A stretch of 64,000 bases of DNA from Candidatus Omnitrophota bacterium (GTDB taxonomy: Bacteria; Omnitrophota; Omnitrophia; Omnitrophales; Aquincolibacteriaceae). The notes under the pieces were generated by a model. It did no database searches and was not told the DNA's origin. It saw nothing but the letters and a program-made list of their open reading frames with translations. Below, piece by piece: positions 37,383 to 47,079 of the stretch (its first letter is position 1; each line of letters starts with the position of its first letter). The stretch spans positions 64,318-128,317 of the forward strand of contig CAIOAT010000003.1 of NCBI GenBank assembly GCA_903856085.1, written 5' to 3'. The translations under genes and the position numbers were made by a program.

Positions 37383-38375
37383 ATGATGTCCATGAACCAT
37401 CCCGAGCCCTCCAACCTTATCCGGTTTGAAAATGTTTCCAAAAAGTATGGTGCCTTCTACGCGCTCCGCGATGTTTCTTTTGAGGTGAAGGAAGGGGAGA
37501 TCGTCGGGCTTCTGGGGCCGAACGGCGCAGGGAAGACGACGGTCATGCGTACTCTTTCCGGATTTTTCCCGCCCACCTCCGGCCGCGTTTTTGTTCGAGA
37601 CCTGGAAATGGCAAAACATCCCCACAAGGCCAAGCGGGCCATCGGCTATCTTCCGGAGACTGTGAGCCTTTACCCGGATATGCGAGTGATCGAATATCTC
37701 AGGTTTGTGGCGAAGCTCAAAGGCGTTCCGGCTCATGAACTTCGTGGACATGTCCGCAGTAAAATGTCGTTTTGCGGTCTGCTCGATTCCGGACATCGTT
37801 TGATCGGGCGGCTTTCCAAAGGTTACCGGCAGCGCGTCGGACTTGCTCAGGCGTTGATGGCGGATCCGCCGGTTTTGGTGCTGGATGAACCGACCACCGG
37901 GTTGGATCCGACACAGATCAAAGAGATCCGCGAGCTGATCCGCGCGTTAGGACAAAATCGCGCCGTAATCCTTTCGACGCACATCCTGCCTGAGGTCTCT
38001 ATGCTTTGCAGCCGCGTCATGATGATCAATCAGGGGCAAATCCTGGCAAGTGGTACCGTGCGAGAACTGGCGTCGTGTCTCGAGGACCGTGAAGCGATCC
38101 ATATCAAGATCAAGGATAAGCAAGATCAGGATCGGGCGCTCAAGATTCTAAGTCTGCTGCCAGGAATCTGGAATTTGAAGGTTTCGGAGGAAGTGAGAGG
38201 CGAGACTTTTATTTCTTTCGAGACTTCTCCGGATGAAGATTTGCGACCCCGCATCACAAAACTCTTCGTAGAGCAGGGAGTCTCGCTTTTGGAGATTCAG
38301 CGTCTGCAACTGACGCTTGAAGATATCTTTCTGGGTCTTTTAAGAGAGGGAAAACTGGGGAGGCGTTTCCCATGA
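37383..38375 (+). CDS. ABC transporter ATP-binding protein (GldA-like)
   Basis: GPNGAGKTT, LSKGYRQR, LDEPT. Confidence 0.92.
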   Translation: MMSMNHPEPSNLIRFENVSKKYGAFYALRDVSFEVKEGEIVGLLGPNGAGKTTVMRTLSGFFPPTSGRVFVRDLEMAKHPHKAKRAIGYLPETVSLYPDMRVIEYLRFVAKLKGVPAHELRGHVRSKMSFCGLLDSGHRLIGRLSKGYRQRVGLAQALMADPPVLVLDEPTTGLDPTQIKEIRELIRALGQNRAVILSTHILPEVSMLCSRVMMINQGQILASGTVRELASCLEDREAIHIKIKDKQDQDRALKILSLLPGIWNLKVSEEVRGETFISFETSPDEDLRPRITKLFVEQGVSLLEIQRLQLTLEDIFLGLLREGKLGRRFP

Positions 38376-39148
38376 GAAAGGTCCTGACGATTGCGCGAAA
38401 AGAGTTTAGCAGTTGCTTCCATTCCTGGTTGGGAGTGTTGATGGCGGCACTTTTCTTCCTGGCTTCGGGGATCTTTTTTGTGATCCTCGTGTTGAGCTAT
38501 TCGAAGATTTCCATGAATCCACAGCAGTATGGTCTTTCGAATTTCTCGGGGATCAATCAAACGCAGTATATCTTCGGGTCTTTCTTTTCAAATCTAAGCA
38601 TCATGCTCCTTTTCCTGGTGCCGATCCTGACGATGCGTTCCTTTGCGGAAGAAAAAAGGCAGGAAACGCTGGAGCTTCTCTTCACGTATCCTTTGTCCGA
38701 TTTCGAGATCGTGATCGGCAAACAGCTGGGGATTCTCTTGTTTTTTGGAGTTTTACTCTTACCTCTTTCAGGGTATTTGGCAGTGTTCCGTTGGATCGGT
38801 GGGGAATTTGACTGGGGACCGGTGTCGCTTGGATTTCTCGGATTCTGGCTTTTGGGGGCGGCTTACCTGGCGGCAGGGGTCTTTATTTCAAGCCTGACTA
38901 AAAACCCGATCGTCAGTGCTCTCGGGACTTTCAGCGTGCTGCTTGTATTCTGGATCTCAGACTGGGTGGATGATGTCGCAACGGGGCCGTGGGTGCGTAT
39001 CTTTTCTGAGCTTTCACCTCTCGCTCATTACAAGAATTTCACACTTGGGATCCTGGATGTTCAGGACATGGTTTTTTTCGGCTTCTTTTTCTTTTATTTC
39101 CTTTTTTTGACGCTTCGCTCGATCGAAACAAGAAATTGGAAAAGCTGA
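38372..39148 (+). CDS. ABC-2 permease (GldF-like)
   Basis: TMRSFAEEKRQETLELL motif; multiple TM helices. Confidence 0.88.
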   Translation: MRKVLTIARKEFSSCFHSWLGVLMAALFFLASGIFFVILVLSYSKISMNPQQYGLSNFSGINQTQYIFGSFFSNLSIMLLFLVPILTMRSFAEEKRQETLELLFTYPLSDFEIVIGKQLGILLFFGVLLLPLSGYLAVFRWIGGEFDWGPVSLGFLGFWLLGAAYLAAGVFISSLTKNPIVSALGTFSVLLVFWISDWVDDVATGPWVRIFSELSPLAHYKNFTLGILDVQDMVFFGFFFFYFLFLTLRSIETRNWKS

Positions 39149-40506
39149 TGCGCCAATTCTTCCTGAAATTCCAACTCTTGTTTGAAGCCGCGATCCTTTT
39201 AGCGACGCTCACGTTGGTTTATGTGGTGATCCAACCGTTCCACGAGCGGTGGGACATGACCCGCGACAAGGTCTATTCGCTTCCCCGGGCGACGACCGGA
39301 GTTTTGCGCGACCTGAAAGATCGTCCGATTGATCTGCTTCTTTTCTTTTCGCAGGATGATCCCTCCCGGCAGGGACTGGATGTCTTTTTGAAAGAATGCA
39401 GCCGCCATCATCCGGAATTCCATTACGTTTTTTATGACCCGAACCGGAGACCGCAGCTTGCGCGCAAGTTTAATGTCTCGGTTGCCAAGACGGTGATCTT
39501 CCGCTCCGGAGACCGCGAAGAGCGTCTGGTCGGGCCGACAGAAGAAGGATTTACGAACGCGTTTTTAAGGCTGCTCCACCCCAAAGATCTGGATGTTTGT
39601 TTTGTGACGGGGCATGGGGAAGTCGTGCTGGATGATGATGCGACGGGCGGGTATCTGCGTTTTAGAGACACACTTCAAGGTTATAACGCCAAGATTCATG
39701 GGATCGTGCTCACGCGCGACCATGTGCCGGACGCTTGCCAGGTAGTTGTGGTGGGCGGACCGCGTTGGGACCTGACGCCCGAGGAGTTTGCGGATCTGGA
39801 CAAGGCTTTTCAAAAAGGGAAAGGTCTGTTCTTGCTGATCGATCCTATGGATCCCGGCGCGGGAAATGCTTTTATCGAGTTTGCTAAAAAGTATGGTGTG
39901 GCCCTCGGACAGAACGTGATCGTCGATAAGGTCAGCCGCATGGTGGGCGGAGATTTTCTGATGCCGCTTGTCAGTCAATATCTGGTGACACATCCTGTCA
40001 CAAAGAGTATGAAACAGGCGACTTTTTTTCCTTTGGTCCGTACGGTTCAGCCGTCCGCAGATGTCGTGGCGGGTCTTGAAGTTGTGCCGCTGGCCATGAC
40101 GGGCGATGGGAGTTGGGCGGAAACGAATCTGCCGGCCTTGGAGGATGGGAATGCGACCTTTGATATGAAAACGGATATCGCGGGTCCTTTACCTGTCGCT
40201 GTGGCGGTTGAAAAAAAACAGGCAGGGACGGGTGCTGGGAGGATGATCCTCGTGGGGGACGGAGATTTTTTGACGAATGGTTACTTGGATCTTTCCGGGA
40301 ATAAAGAGCTGGGACTGAATATGGTCCGATGGCTCGCCAGCGATGATCGGTTTATGGATGTGAAGCGTCCGGAGCTTCGTTTTAAGCCGCTGTTGCTGGA
40401 TGTGCCACACCGGACCCAACTGATGATCCTTTTGCTTGGCGTCTACCCGCTAGCGTTTTTTGTTCTCGGCGGGACTTATCTTGTGATCCGTTTCAGGACG
40501 TCATGA
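39148..40506 (+). CDS. GldG-family ABC auxiliary protein
   Basis: WDMTRDKVYSL, TGHGE, VGDGDF...N...WL, terminal TM helices. Confidence 0.85.
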   Translation: MRQFFLKFQLLFEAAILLATLTLVYVVIQPFHERWDMTRDKVYSLPRATTGVLRDLKDRPIDLLLFFSQDDPSRQGLDVFLKECSRHHPEFHYVFYDPNRRPQLARKFNVSVAKTVIFRSGDREERLVGPTEEGFTNAFLRLLHPKDLDVCFVTGHGEVVLDDDATGGYLRFRDTLQGYNAKIHGIVLTRDHVPDACQVVVVGGPRWDLTPEEFADLDKAFQKGKGLFLLIDPMDPGAGNAFIEFAKKYGVALGQNVIVDKVSRMVGGDFLMPLVSQYLVTHPVTKSMKQATFFPLVRTVQPSADVVAGLEVVPLAMTGDGSWAETNLPALEDGNATFDMKTDIAGPLPVAVAVEKKQAGTGAGRMILVGDGDFLTNGYLDLSGNKELGLNMVRWLASDDRFMDVKRPELRFKPLLLDVPHRTQLMILLLGVYPLAFFVLGGTYLVIRFRTS

Positions 40507-41507
40507 AGCTCGTCCGAACGATCGTTTTTACCCTTCTTTTTGTCGTCGTTGTGGCGATCTATCTTTTTCAGGCACGACTTGCCAAGCAGGCTCTCGCGAT
40601 TATTCCGGATGAAGTGAACCGAAGCGTTGTTATCACCCAGGACGATGTGATCGATCGCATCACATTAGTTGACCATGTTCAAAAAACACAGATCGAACTT
40701 CGAAAAGAGAACGGAGCCTGGGTTTTAAAAGTGCCGGTCCATTATCCGGCGGAATCCCGAATTGTGGACGGACTTGCAGTGGTGGCTCGGGTGGCTTCCC
40801 GGCAGCCGCGCCTGCGGGCCGAAAAAGAATGGGCGGAGTACGGGTTGGCGAAACCGGAACTCGAGATCACGTTCAATCTTGCGGGGAAAAAGGAAGTTAC
40901 TCTTTCCATCGGCGCGCAGGCGCCGGTCGGGAAGGCTGTTTTTGCCCGCTGGGGCGATGAACGCGGGTATTTTCTTTTGCCTCCGGAGATGAGATCCGCA
41001 TTTCGGCAAAGCGTCTACGGTTTGCGGGAAAAGCGGTTGTTTCGTAATCCTCCCGAAACATTCCAAAAGATCACCATCGAAATGGGAGAGCGTAGCGTTC
41101 AGTGGAAGAAGGACGGCGGGAGCTGGTATTGGCTCGAACCCATCATGAAATTTGGTCAAAAGATCCCAGCCGCTCAGATGGACGCTATGTTGGTGGTTCT
41201 GCAGAATCTTTACGTCAAAGAATTTCAGGACAATAATAAAAAGTCCAAGGCCGAGCTCGGGTTTTTTGTGATCCATGACCGTATCCGGATCGAGTCTGAA
41301 GGTGGCAAGACGGAGACATTTTATTTTGGGAATGAAGTCCCGGACCGGAATGCCTATTACGGGCTCCGTGAAGGTGAAGATACGGTCTTTTTTGTGGAAC
41401 GAGGGAAAGCGATAGAACTTTTCGACGTGATCAAGAAGATCCAGGCAGAGAAACCCAGCTCCAAGGTTCAGGATCCAAGGCTCGAGATGGGGAGATTTTT
41501 TTCATGA
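40503..41507 (+). CDS. DUF4340-domain protein
   Basis: N-terminal TM; duplicated W...P...YGL..P domain; typical position after gldG. Confidence 0.78.
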   Translation: MKLVRTIVFTLLFVVVVAIYLFQARLAKQALAIIPDEVNRSVVITQDDVIDRITLVDHVQKTQIELRKENGAWVLKVPVHYPAESRIVDGLAVVARVASRQPRLRAEKEWAEYGLAKPELEITFNLAGKKEVTLSIGAQAPVGKAVFARWGDERGYFLLPPEMRSAFRQSVYGLREKRLFRNPPETFQKITIEMGERSVQWKKDGGSWYWLEPIMKFGQKIPAAQMDAMLVVLQNLYVKEFQDNNKKSKAELGFFVIHDRIRIESEGGKTETFYFGNEVPDRNAYYGLREGEDTVFFVERGKAIELFDVIKKIQAEKPSSKVQDPRLEMGRFFS

Positions 41508-42196
41508 GCATTCCAACAAGGATTCGCTCACTGAATCAGTCCATTCGCGAAGTCTCTGCGAAAGTTGGACGTGATTCGCAAGACATTCGTCTTGTGATCG
41601 TGACCAAGACTGTCGAGCCCCAACTCGTCCTGGAGGCTTATCAGGCTGGCGAAAGGGACTTTGGGGAGAATCGTGTCCAGGAGTGGCAAGACAAAAAGGA
41701 TGCGCTTCCGGCGGATATCCGTTGGCATTTGATCGGGCATCTTCAGACCAACAAAGTGAAGTATGTGGCGGGTCAAGTTTCGCTCATCCATTCACTCGAC
41801 CGGCTCGAGCTTGCGGACGCGATCGAAAAACAAGCGAAAGCCAAAGGGATTGCCGCGGTGCCGTGCCTTGTGCAGGTGAATATGTCCGGAGAAGAAAGTA
41901 AGTTCGGTCTTGATCCCGCCCTGGTCGTGGATTTTGTAAGACAAATGGCCTTAAGGCCTTCGGTTAAGATCCGTGGACTTATGAGCATTGGGCCTCTGAC
42001 GGAAGATGAGGGAGAGATCCGCAAGTGTTTTCGAGAGACTCGGGAGCTTCGGGAGGATCTGAAAAATAAATTTCCTCAATATAGCTGGGACATCCTTTCC
42101 ATGGGGATGTCGGCCGATTACAGAATAGCTATTGAAGAAGGCGCAAATATGCTTAGAATTGGCTCCTTAATCTTTCCGAGGGAAGTCAAAAAATGA
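41504..42196 (+). CDS. yggS: PLP homeostasis protein YggS
   Basis: VTKT, FGENRVQE, WHLIGHLQTNK, LSMGMS.D. Confidence 0.94.
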   Translation: MSIPTRIRSLNQSIREVSAKVGRDSQDIRLVIVTKTVEPQLVLEAYQAGERDFGENRVQEWQDKKDALPADIRWHLIGHLQTNKVKYVAGQVSLIHSLDRLELADAIEKQAKAKGIAAVPCLVQVNMSGEESKFGLDPALVVDFVRQMALRPSVKIRGLMSIGPLTEDEGEIRKCFRETRELREDLKNKFPQYSWDILSMGMSADYRIAIEEGANMLRIGSLIFPREVKK

Positions 42197-43008
42197 AAAC
42201 ATTGGGCAATAAGAAGATCGGTGTTGTCGGGGTTGGCAATATGGGTGCTTCGATCTTGGAAGGCGTGCTGGCCAGGCGGCTCACAACGTCTTCTCGCATA
42301 TGGGTTTATGATAAGGCCGTGAATAAAGCGCAGTCTTTTGCCCGCCGGCATCATGTGGGTAGGGCGTCTTCGGTCGCGGAATTGTTGGAAAAAACGGATA
42401 TCGTGCTACTTGCCATGAAGCCTCAGGATTTTACAAGTTTTGCGATGGAGCATCGGTCTTTATTCAGGCCGGGGCAAGGAGTTATCTCGATCCTTGCCGG
42501 GATGACGACGGAAAAGATCGCAAAGGCTCTTGGGAAAAACGTCACGATCGTGCGGGCGATGCCGAACCTGGGGGCCAAGGTGGGTCAGTCCATGACCGTG
42601 ATTTGTGGAAAAAACAAAGCGGCGCTTTCTTTTGCCGGGACGCTTTTTGCCGGATGCGGGGAAGTCGTGACGCTTCCGGAAAAGATGCTGGACCTTGTGA
42701 CCGCGATCAGCGGCAGCGGGCCGGCCTATTTTTTCCATCTGATGGAACTTTTAACGGATTTCGGCGTGAAGCAGGGGCTTCCGTCCACGGTTGCTGAGGT
42801 TTTGGCCGTTCAAACAGGCTTGGGAGCCGCGCTCTTGGCGAAAAGTTCTGAAGAATCTTGTGGGGAGTTGCGTGAACGGGTAACCTCGAAAAAAGGGACG
42901 ACGGAGGCCGCTCTGAAAACTTTACAGCGAAAGAAATTCGGGAAAATCTTTCAGCAGGCGCTTACGGCGGCCATGAACCGGAGCCGCGCGTTGCGGAAGG
43001 CGGTCTGA
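42193..43008 (+). CDS. proC: Pyrroline-5-carboxylate reductase
   Basis: GVGNMG, RAMPN, TAISGSGPAY, VTS.KGTT. Confidence 0.94.
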   Translation: MKTLGNKKIGVVGVGNMGASILEGVLARRLTTSSRIWVYDKAVNKAQSFARRHHVGRASSVAELLEKTDIVLLAMKPQDFTSFAMEHRSLFRPGQGVISILAGMTTEKIAKALGKNVTIVRAMPNLGAKVGQSMTVICGKNKAALSFAGTLFAGCGEVVTLPEKMLDLVTAISGSGPAYFFHLMELLTDFGVKQGLPSTVAEVLAVQTGLGAALLAKSSEESCGELRERVTSKKGTTEAALKTLQRKKFGKIFQQALTAAMNRSRALRKAV

Positions 43009-43310
43009 TGTTCGTTTTCGGGATCGTTTTCCAGGGATTGGCCATGCTCGTCAACGGGATCTGTACGATCCTCTACTGGCTGCTTTTTGCGCGGATCATC
43101 ATCTCCTGGTTTCCGGTGGATCCTTTCTCGGGGCCGGTGCAATTCCTGATCCAGGTGACGGATCCGATCCTCGAACCTCTGCGCAGGCTCCCGATCCGTA
43201 TCGGGATGATGGACTTCTCGCCGCTTCTTGCTTTTTTCATGCTCTACATTACGAATCGCGTACTCGTCACAGTTCTTTTAAAACTGGCTTACAAATTTGG
43301 CGGAGGTTGA
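43008..43310 (+). CDS. yggT: YggT-family membrane protein
   Basis: IISW...TDPILEPLRR...DFSP. Confidence 0.9.
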   Translation: MFVFGIVFQGLAMLVNGICTILYWLLFARIIISWFPVDPFSGPVQFLIQVTDPILEPLRRLPIRIGMMDFSPLLAFFMLYITNRVLVTVLLKLAYKFGGG

Positions 43311-43311
43311 T

Positions 43312-44160
43312 ATGCCCATGAAACGTTTTCAGAAAACCCAGGCTCCTACGATGGAGCGGATCACAAAATGTCTGGCGTATGTTCGGAAGAAAACATCCTT
43401 CAAACCCGAAGTCGCGTTGATCCTTGGGACCGGACTCGGGAATCTCGCCAAGCGCATCAAAGTTGAAAAGGTCTTCGCGTATGAGGAGCTTCCTTTTTTC
43501 CCGAGGACGACGGTCCAGTCCCACAGCGGAAAGCTGATTTTAGGCGAGCTGGGCGGCAAGAAGATCGCGGCGATGGAAGGGCGGTTCCATTTTTATGAAG
43601 GTTATTCGCTCGAGGAAGTGACCTTTCCGGTGCGTGTTCTGCGCGAGATGGGTGCCAAGGTGCTTGTGGTTTCGAATGCTGCGGGGGGGCTCAATCTCGG
43701 CTACAAAAAAGGCGAGATCGTGATCATTACCGACCAAATCAATTTCATGGGCGTGAATCCGCTTGTCGGTCCCAATTTGGATAAGCTTGGTTCCCGGTTT
43801 CCGGATATGTGTGAGCCCTTTTCCAAGCGCCTGATGGATCTGACGCTTTTGGCTTCGAAAGAAGTCAAAGTTCCGGTGAATCAAGGGGTTTATGTCGGAG
43901 TGACGGGACCTTGTCTTGAGACCAAGGCCGAGTACCGGATGATGCGGAATTTTGGTGCCGATCTCGTGGGGATGTCCACTGTGCCGGAGGTGATCGTGGG
44001 CGTGCACATGGGGATGGAGATCCTGGGCGTGAGCATTGTGACGGACACTTGCGATCCGGACCATTTGGAACCCTGTGATATTCAAGAGATCATCAAGACT
44101 GCCAATGAGGCCGGTCCGAAACTAGATAAGCTCATTACTGCGGCTATTGCGAAATTCTAA
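43312..44160 (+). CDS. punA: Purine-nucleoside phosphorylase
   Basis: ILGTGLG, GRFHFYEG, SNAAGG, GP.LET.AE, VGMSTVPE. Confidence 0.92.
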   Translation: MPMKRFQKTQAPTMERITKCLAYVRKKTSFKPEVALILGTGLGNLAKRIKVEKVFAYEELPFFPRTTVQSHSGKLILGELGGKKIAAMEGRFHFYEGYSLEEVTFPVRVLREMGAKVLVVSNAAGGLNLGYKKGEIVIITDQINFMGVNPLVGPNLDKLGSRFPDMCEPFSKRLMDLTLLASKEVKVPVNQGVYVGVTGPCLETKAEYRMMRNFGADLVGMSTVPEVIVGVHMGMEILGVSIVTDTCDPDHLEPCDIQEIIKTANEAGPKLDKLITAAIAKF

Positions 44161-44232
44161 AATCTCGGGAAACGGGGAATCTTCAACGGATAACCCAACT
44201 GTTTCCCGTGAATCATTCCACGGCATTTAAAT

Positions 44233-47034
44233 ATGACTGAGCCTAAAAATTACAAAGATACTTTAAATCTTCCGCAGACTTCCTTTCCGATGAAAGCGAA
44301 TCTGGCCCAGCGTGAGCCGGAGATGCTTAAAAGCTGGGAGGCGGAAGGTGTGTATGCTGCGATCCGCGCGAAGTCCGCGGGCAAGCCCAAGTATGTTCTC
44401 CATGATGGTCCGCCTTACGCCAATGGCCACATCCATATCGGTCACGCGCTCAATAAAGTCTTGAAAGACCTCATCGTGAAGTACCAGACCATGCGCGGCC
44501 ATGACGCGCTCTATGTTCCGGGCTGGGATTGCCATGGTCTGCCGATCGAACACGCCTGTTTAAAAGAGATGGGCAAGCGCAAGGAGGAAGTGGACCGGGT
44601 TGAGTTCCGTCAGCAAGCGCGCAAGTATGCGGAAAGATTCGTCGGGATCCAGCGCGAGGGTTTCAAACGGCTCGGCATTTTCGCGGAATGGGAAAAACCT
44701 TATCTCACGATGAATTACGAATATCAGGCCTCGATTGCGGCGTCCTTCATCAAACTTTACGAAGACGGTTTCATCGAACAGCGCTTGAAGCCCGTTCCTT
44801 GGTGCTATGACTGCGATACGGCACTCGCCGAAGCCGAGCTGGAGTACGAGGATAAGATCTCAAAATCCGTTTATGTGAAATTTCCGGCGAATCATGCCAA
44901 GGATGCTTCCTATCTTGTCTGGACGACCACTCCCTGGACGCTTCCTGCCAACGTTGGTTTGGCACTTCATCCCGATCTGGAATACGTTACGGTTGAAACC
45001 GATAAGGGGAAACTTATTTTTGCTCGTGATTTAATGCAAACTCTTCAGGAAAAACTTGACCTTAAGGAAGTCAAAGAGATCGAATCAAAAAAAGGAAAGG
45101 ATTTTATTGGTCTTGAGGCAAGGCATCCTTTTCTCGACCGAGTTTCAAAGATAATTTCAGCGGACTATGTATCAGCGACCGATGGCACGGGAATCGTACA
45201 TATCGCACCGGGACACGGGGAAGATGACTACAAGTATGGACATTTGGAAAATGGGCTTCCGATCGTTTCGCCTGTGGACTCGCGCGGAAAATTCACCGCA
45301 GAATTTCCGCTCTGCCAAGGGGATCATGTTTTTAAAGCCAATCCGAAGATTGCAGCCCTTTTGACCGAAAAAGGTCTTCTCCTCAAAGAAGAAGATTATT
45401 CGCACAGCTACCCGCATTGTTGGCGCTGTAAAAAGCCGATCATCTTCCGCGCGACGACGCAATGGTTCATGAAAATTGACCACAAGGATCTTCGTAAGCG
45501 CATGCAGGGAGCTATCGAAAAGGATATTCAGTTCATTCCGGATTGGGGCAGGAAACGTATCGGGGCTATGGTCGAAACGCGGCCGGAATGGTGCCTTTCC
45601 CGTCAGCGTTATTGGGGAGTGCCGATTCCGGTGATCCGCTGCAAGCATTGCACCGGGGTGCACTTTGTGAAGGAATCCAAGGCGAAGATCCTAGAGTTTT
45701 TCGAAAAAGAAGGAGCGGACGCGTGGTTCGCGCATCCGGCGGAGGCGTTTCTTCCGGCTGGGGTAAAATGTCCAAAATGTCACAAAAGCGAATTTGAAAA
45801 AGAAACCGATATCATTGACGTCTGGTTCGATTCGGGTGTGAGCCATCAGGCCGTACTTCATCGCCATCCCGGGCTCAGGTTTCCCGCGGATCTTTATCTT
45901 GAGGGTTCCGATCAACATCGGGGATGGTTCCAAAGTTCGCTTACCACGTCGATGGCGCTTGAAAATGAAAGTCCCTTCAAGAGCGTTCTAACACACGGAT
46001 TTGTGATGGATGGGCAGGGGAAGAAGATGTCAAAGTCCGCGGGGAACGTTGTCACCCCGCAGGATGTGATGAAGGACTTCGGGGCAGACGTCCTACGCCT
46101 CTGGGTAACTTCCTGTGACTACCAGTTCGATGTCCGGCTTTCCAATGAGATCCTGAAACAATTGGTAGATACTTACCGCAAGATCCGCAATACGTTTCGT
46201 TATTTTCTATCGAACCTCTATGACTTCGATCCTGCGAAGCATACAGTTCCTTATGAGAAACTGCATCCTCTCGATCGCTGGGCCATGGCCAAGACCGACC
46301 GGCTGGTCGCGTCGGTGACGGATCTCTACGAACGCTTTGAGTTCCATGAGATCTATCGCGAGGTCTACGATTTTTGCGTGGCGGACTTAAGCTCCTATTA
46401 TCTGGACGCTTTAAAGGATACGCTTTACACGGCGGCACCGGACTCCTGGCTTCGCCGCTCCGCGCAGACGGCGTTTTTTTATATCCTGTCGCGACTGGTG
46501 AAGATCGTGGCGCCGATTTTACCGTTCACGGCGGATGAGGTTTGGAAATCGTACGAGCTTGAAGAGAATGTGACGACGGTCCACGCGAGCGCATGGCCCG
46601 TTTCTCTTGGAATTCCAACGGGCAATGAGTTCCGGGATTGGGAGCATCTTCGCGAGGTTCGCCACTTGATCACGCCATTCCTTGAAAAAAAGCGCGAGGC
46701 CAAGGAGATCGGTGCGGGGCTTGAGGCGAAGGTGATCTTCACTGCAGAAGATTCGGAATCGGCCGAAATATTACATAGATATGAAAAAGAACTCGCTCGC
46801 GTTTTTGTCGTGTCCCAGGTCGCTCTGGAAACAAAGACCGTGGAGGGTATGGAGGCCGCAGAAGGTCTTTCCGCGGTGCTCCAAAAGAAATTCGGATTGA
46901 AGGTCCTTGTGACCAAAGCGGAAGGCGGGAAATGTGTCCGCTGCTGGAATTATTCATCCTCCCTCGGCCGGGATCCCGAGCATGTTTCTCTCTGTCCCAA
47001 ATGCGTCGAAGCGGTCCGGGGAACGAAGCCGTGA
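44233..47034 (+). CDS. ileS: Isoleucine--tRNA ligase
   Basis: [36 protein letters not shown]-terminal Zn finger. Confidence 0.97.
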   Translation: MTEPKNYKDTLNLPQTSFPMKANLAQREPEMLKSWEAEGVYAAIRAKSAGKPKYVLHDGPPYANGHIHIGHALNKVLKDLIVKYQTMRGHDALYVPGWDCHGLPIEHACLKEMGKRKEEVDRVEFRQQARKYAERFVGIQREGFKRLGIFAEWEKPYLTMNYEYQASIAASFIKLYEDGFIEQRLKPVPWCYDCDTALAEAELEYEDKISKSVYVKFPANHAKDASYLVWTTTPWTLPANVGLALHPDLEYVTVETDKGKLIFARDLMQTLQEKLDLKEVKEIESKKGKDFIGLEARHPFLDRVSKIISADYVSATDGTGIVHIAPGHGEDDYKYGHLENGLPIVSPVDSRGKFTAEFPLCQGDHVFKANPKIAALLTEKGLLLKEEDYSHSYPHCWRCKKPIIFRATTQWFMKIDHKDLRKRMQGAIEKDIQFIPDWGRKRIGAMVETRPEWCLSRQRYWGVPIPVIRCKHCTGVHFVKESKAKILEFFEKEGADAWFAHPAEAFLPAGVKCPKCHKSEFEKETDIIDVWFDSGVSHQAVLHRHPGLRFPADLYLEGSDQHRGWFQSSLTTSMALENESPFKSVLTHGFVMDGQGKKMSKSAGNVVTPQDVMKDFGADVLRLWVTSCDYQFDVRLSNEILKQLVDTYRKIRNTFRYFLSNLYDFDPAKHTVPYEKLHPLDRWAMAKTDRLVASVTDLYERFEFHEIYREVYDFCVADLSSYYLDALKDTLYTAAPDSWLRRSAQTAFFYILSRLVKIVAPILPFTADEVWKSYELEENVTTVHASAWPVSLGIPTGNEFRDWEHLREVRHLITPFLEKKREAKEIGAGLEAKVIFTAEDSESAEILHRYEKELARVFVVSQVALETKTVEGMEAAEGLSAVLQKKFGLKVLVTKAEGGKCVRCWNYSSSLGRDPEHVSLCPKCVEAVRGTKP

Positions 47035-47079
47035 AACAAAGGGGATGCCCCCATTTTTAAAAAAGATGTACCTTTCCAT

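Noticed and set aside
43312-44160. Purine-nucleoside phosphorylase as a substitute for MqnB
   Set aside because: It sits in the ordinary yggS-proC-yggT-ileS neighbourhood 10 kb away, with nothing tying it to the mqn cluster.
44161-44232. Possible T-box upstream of ileS (also checked trpS and tyrS)
   Set aside because: Leaders are too short and lack the GGTGGNACCGCG T-box sequence.
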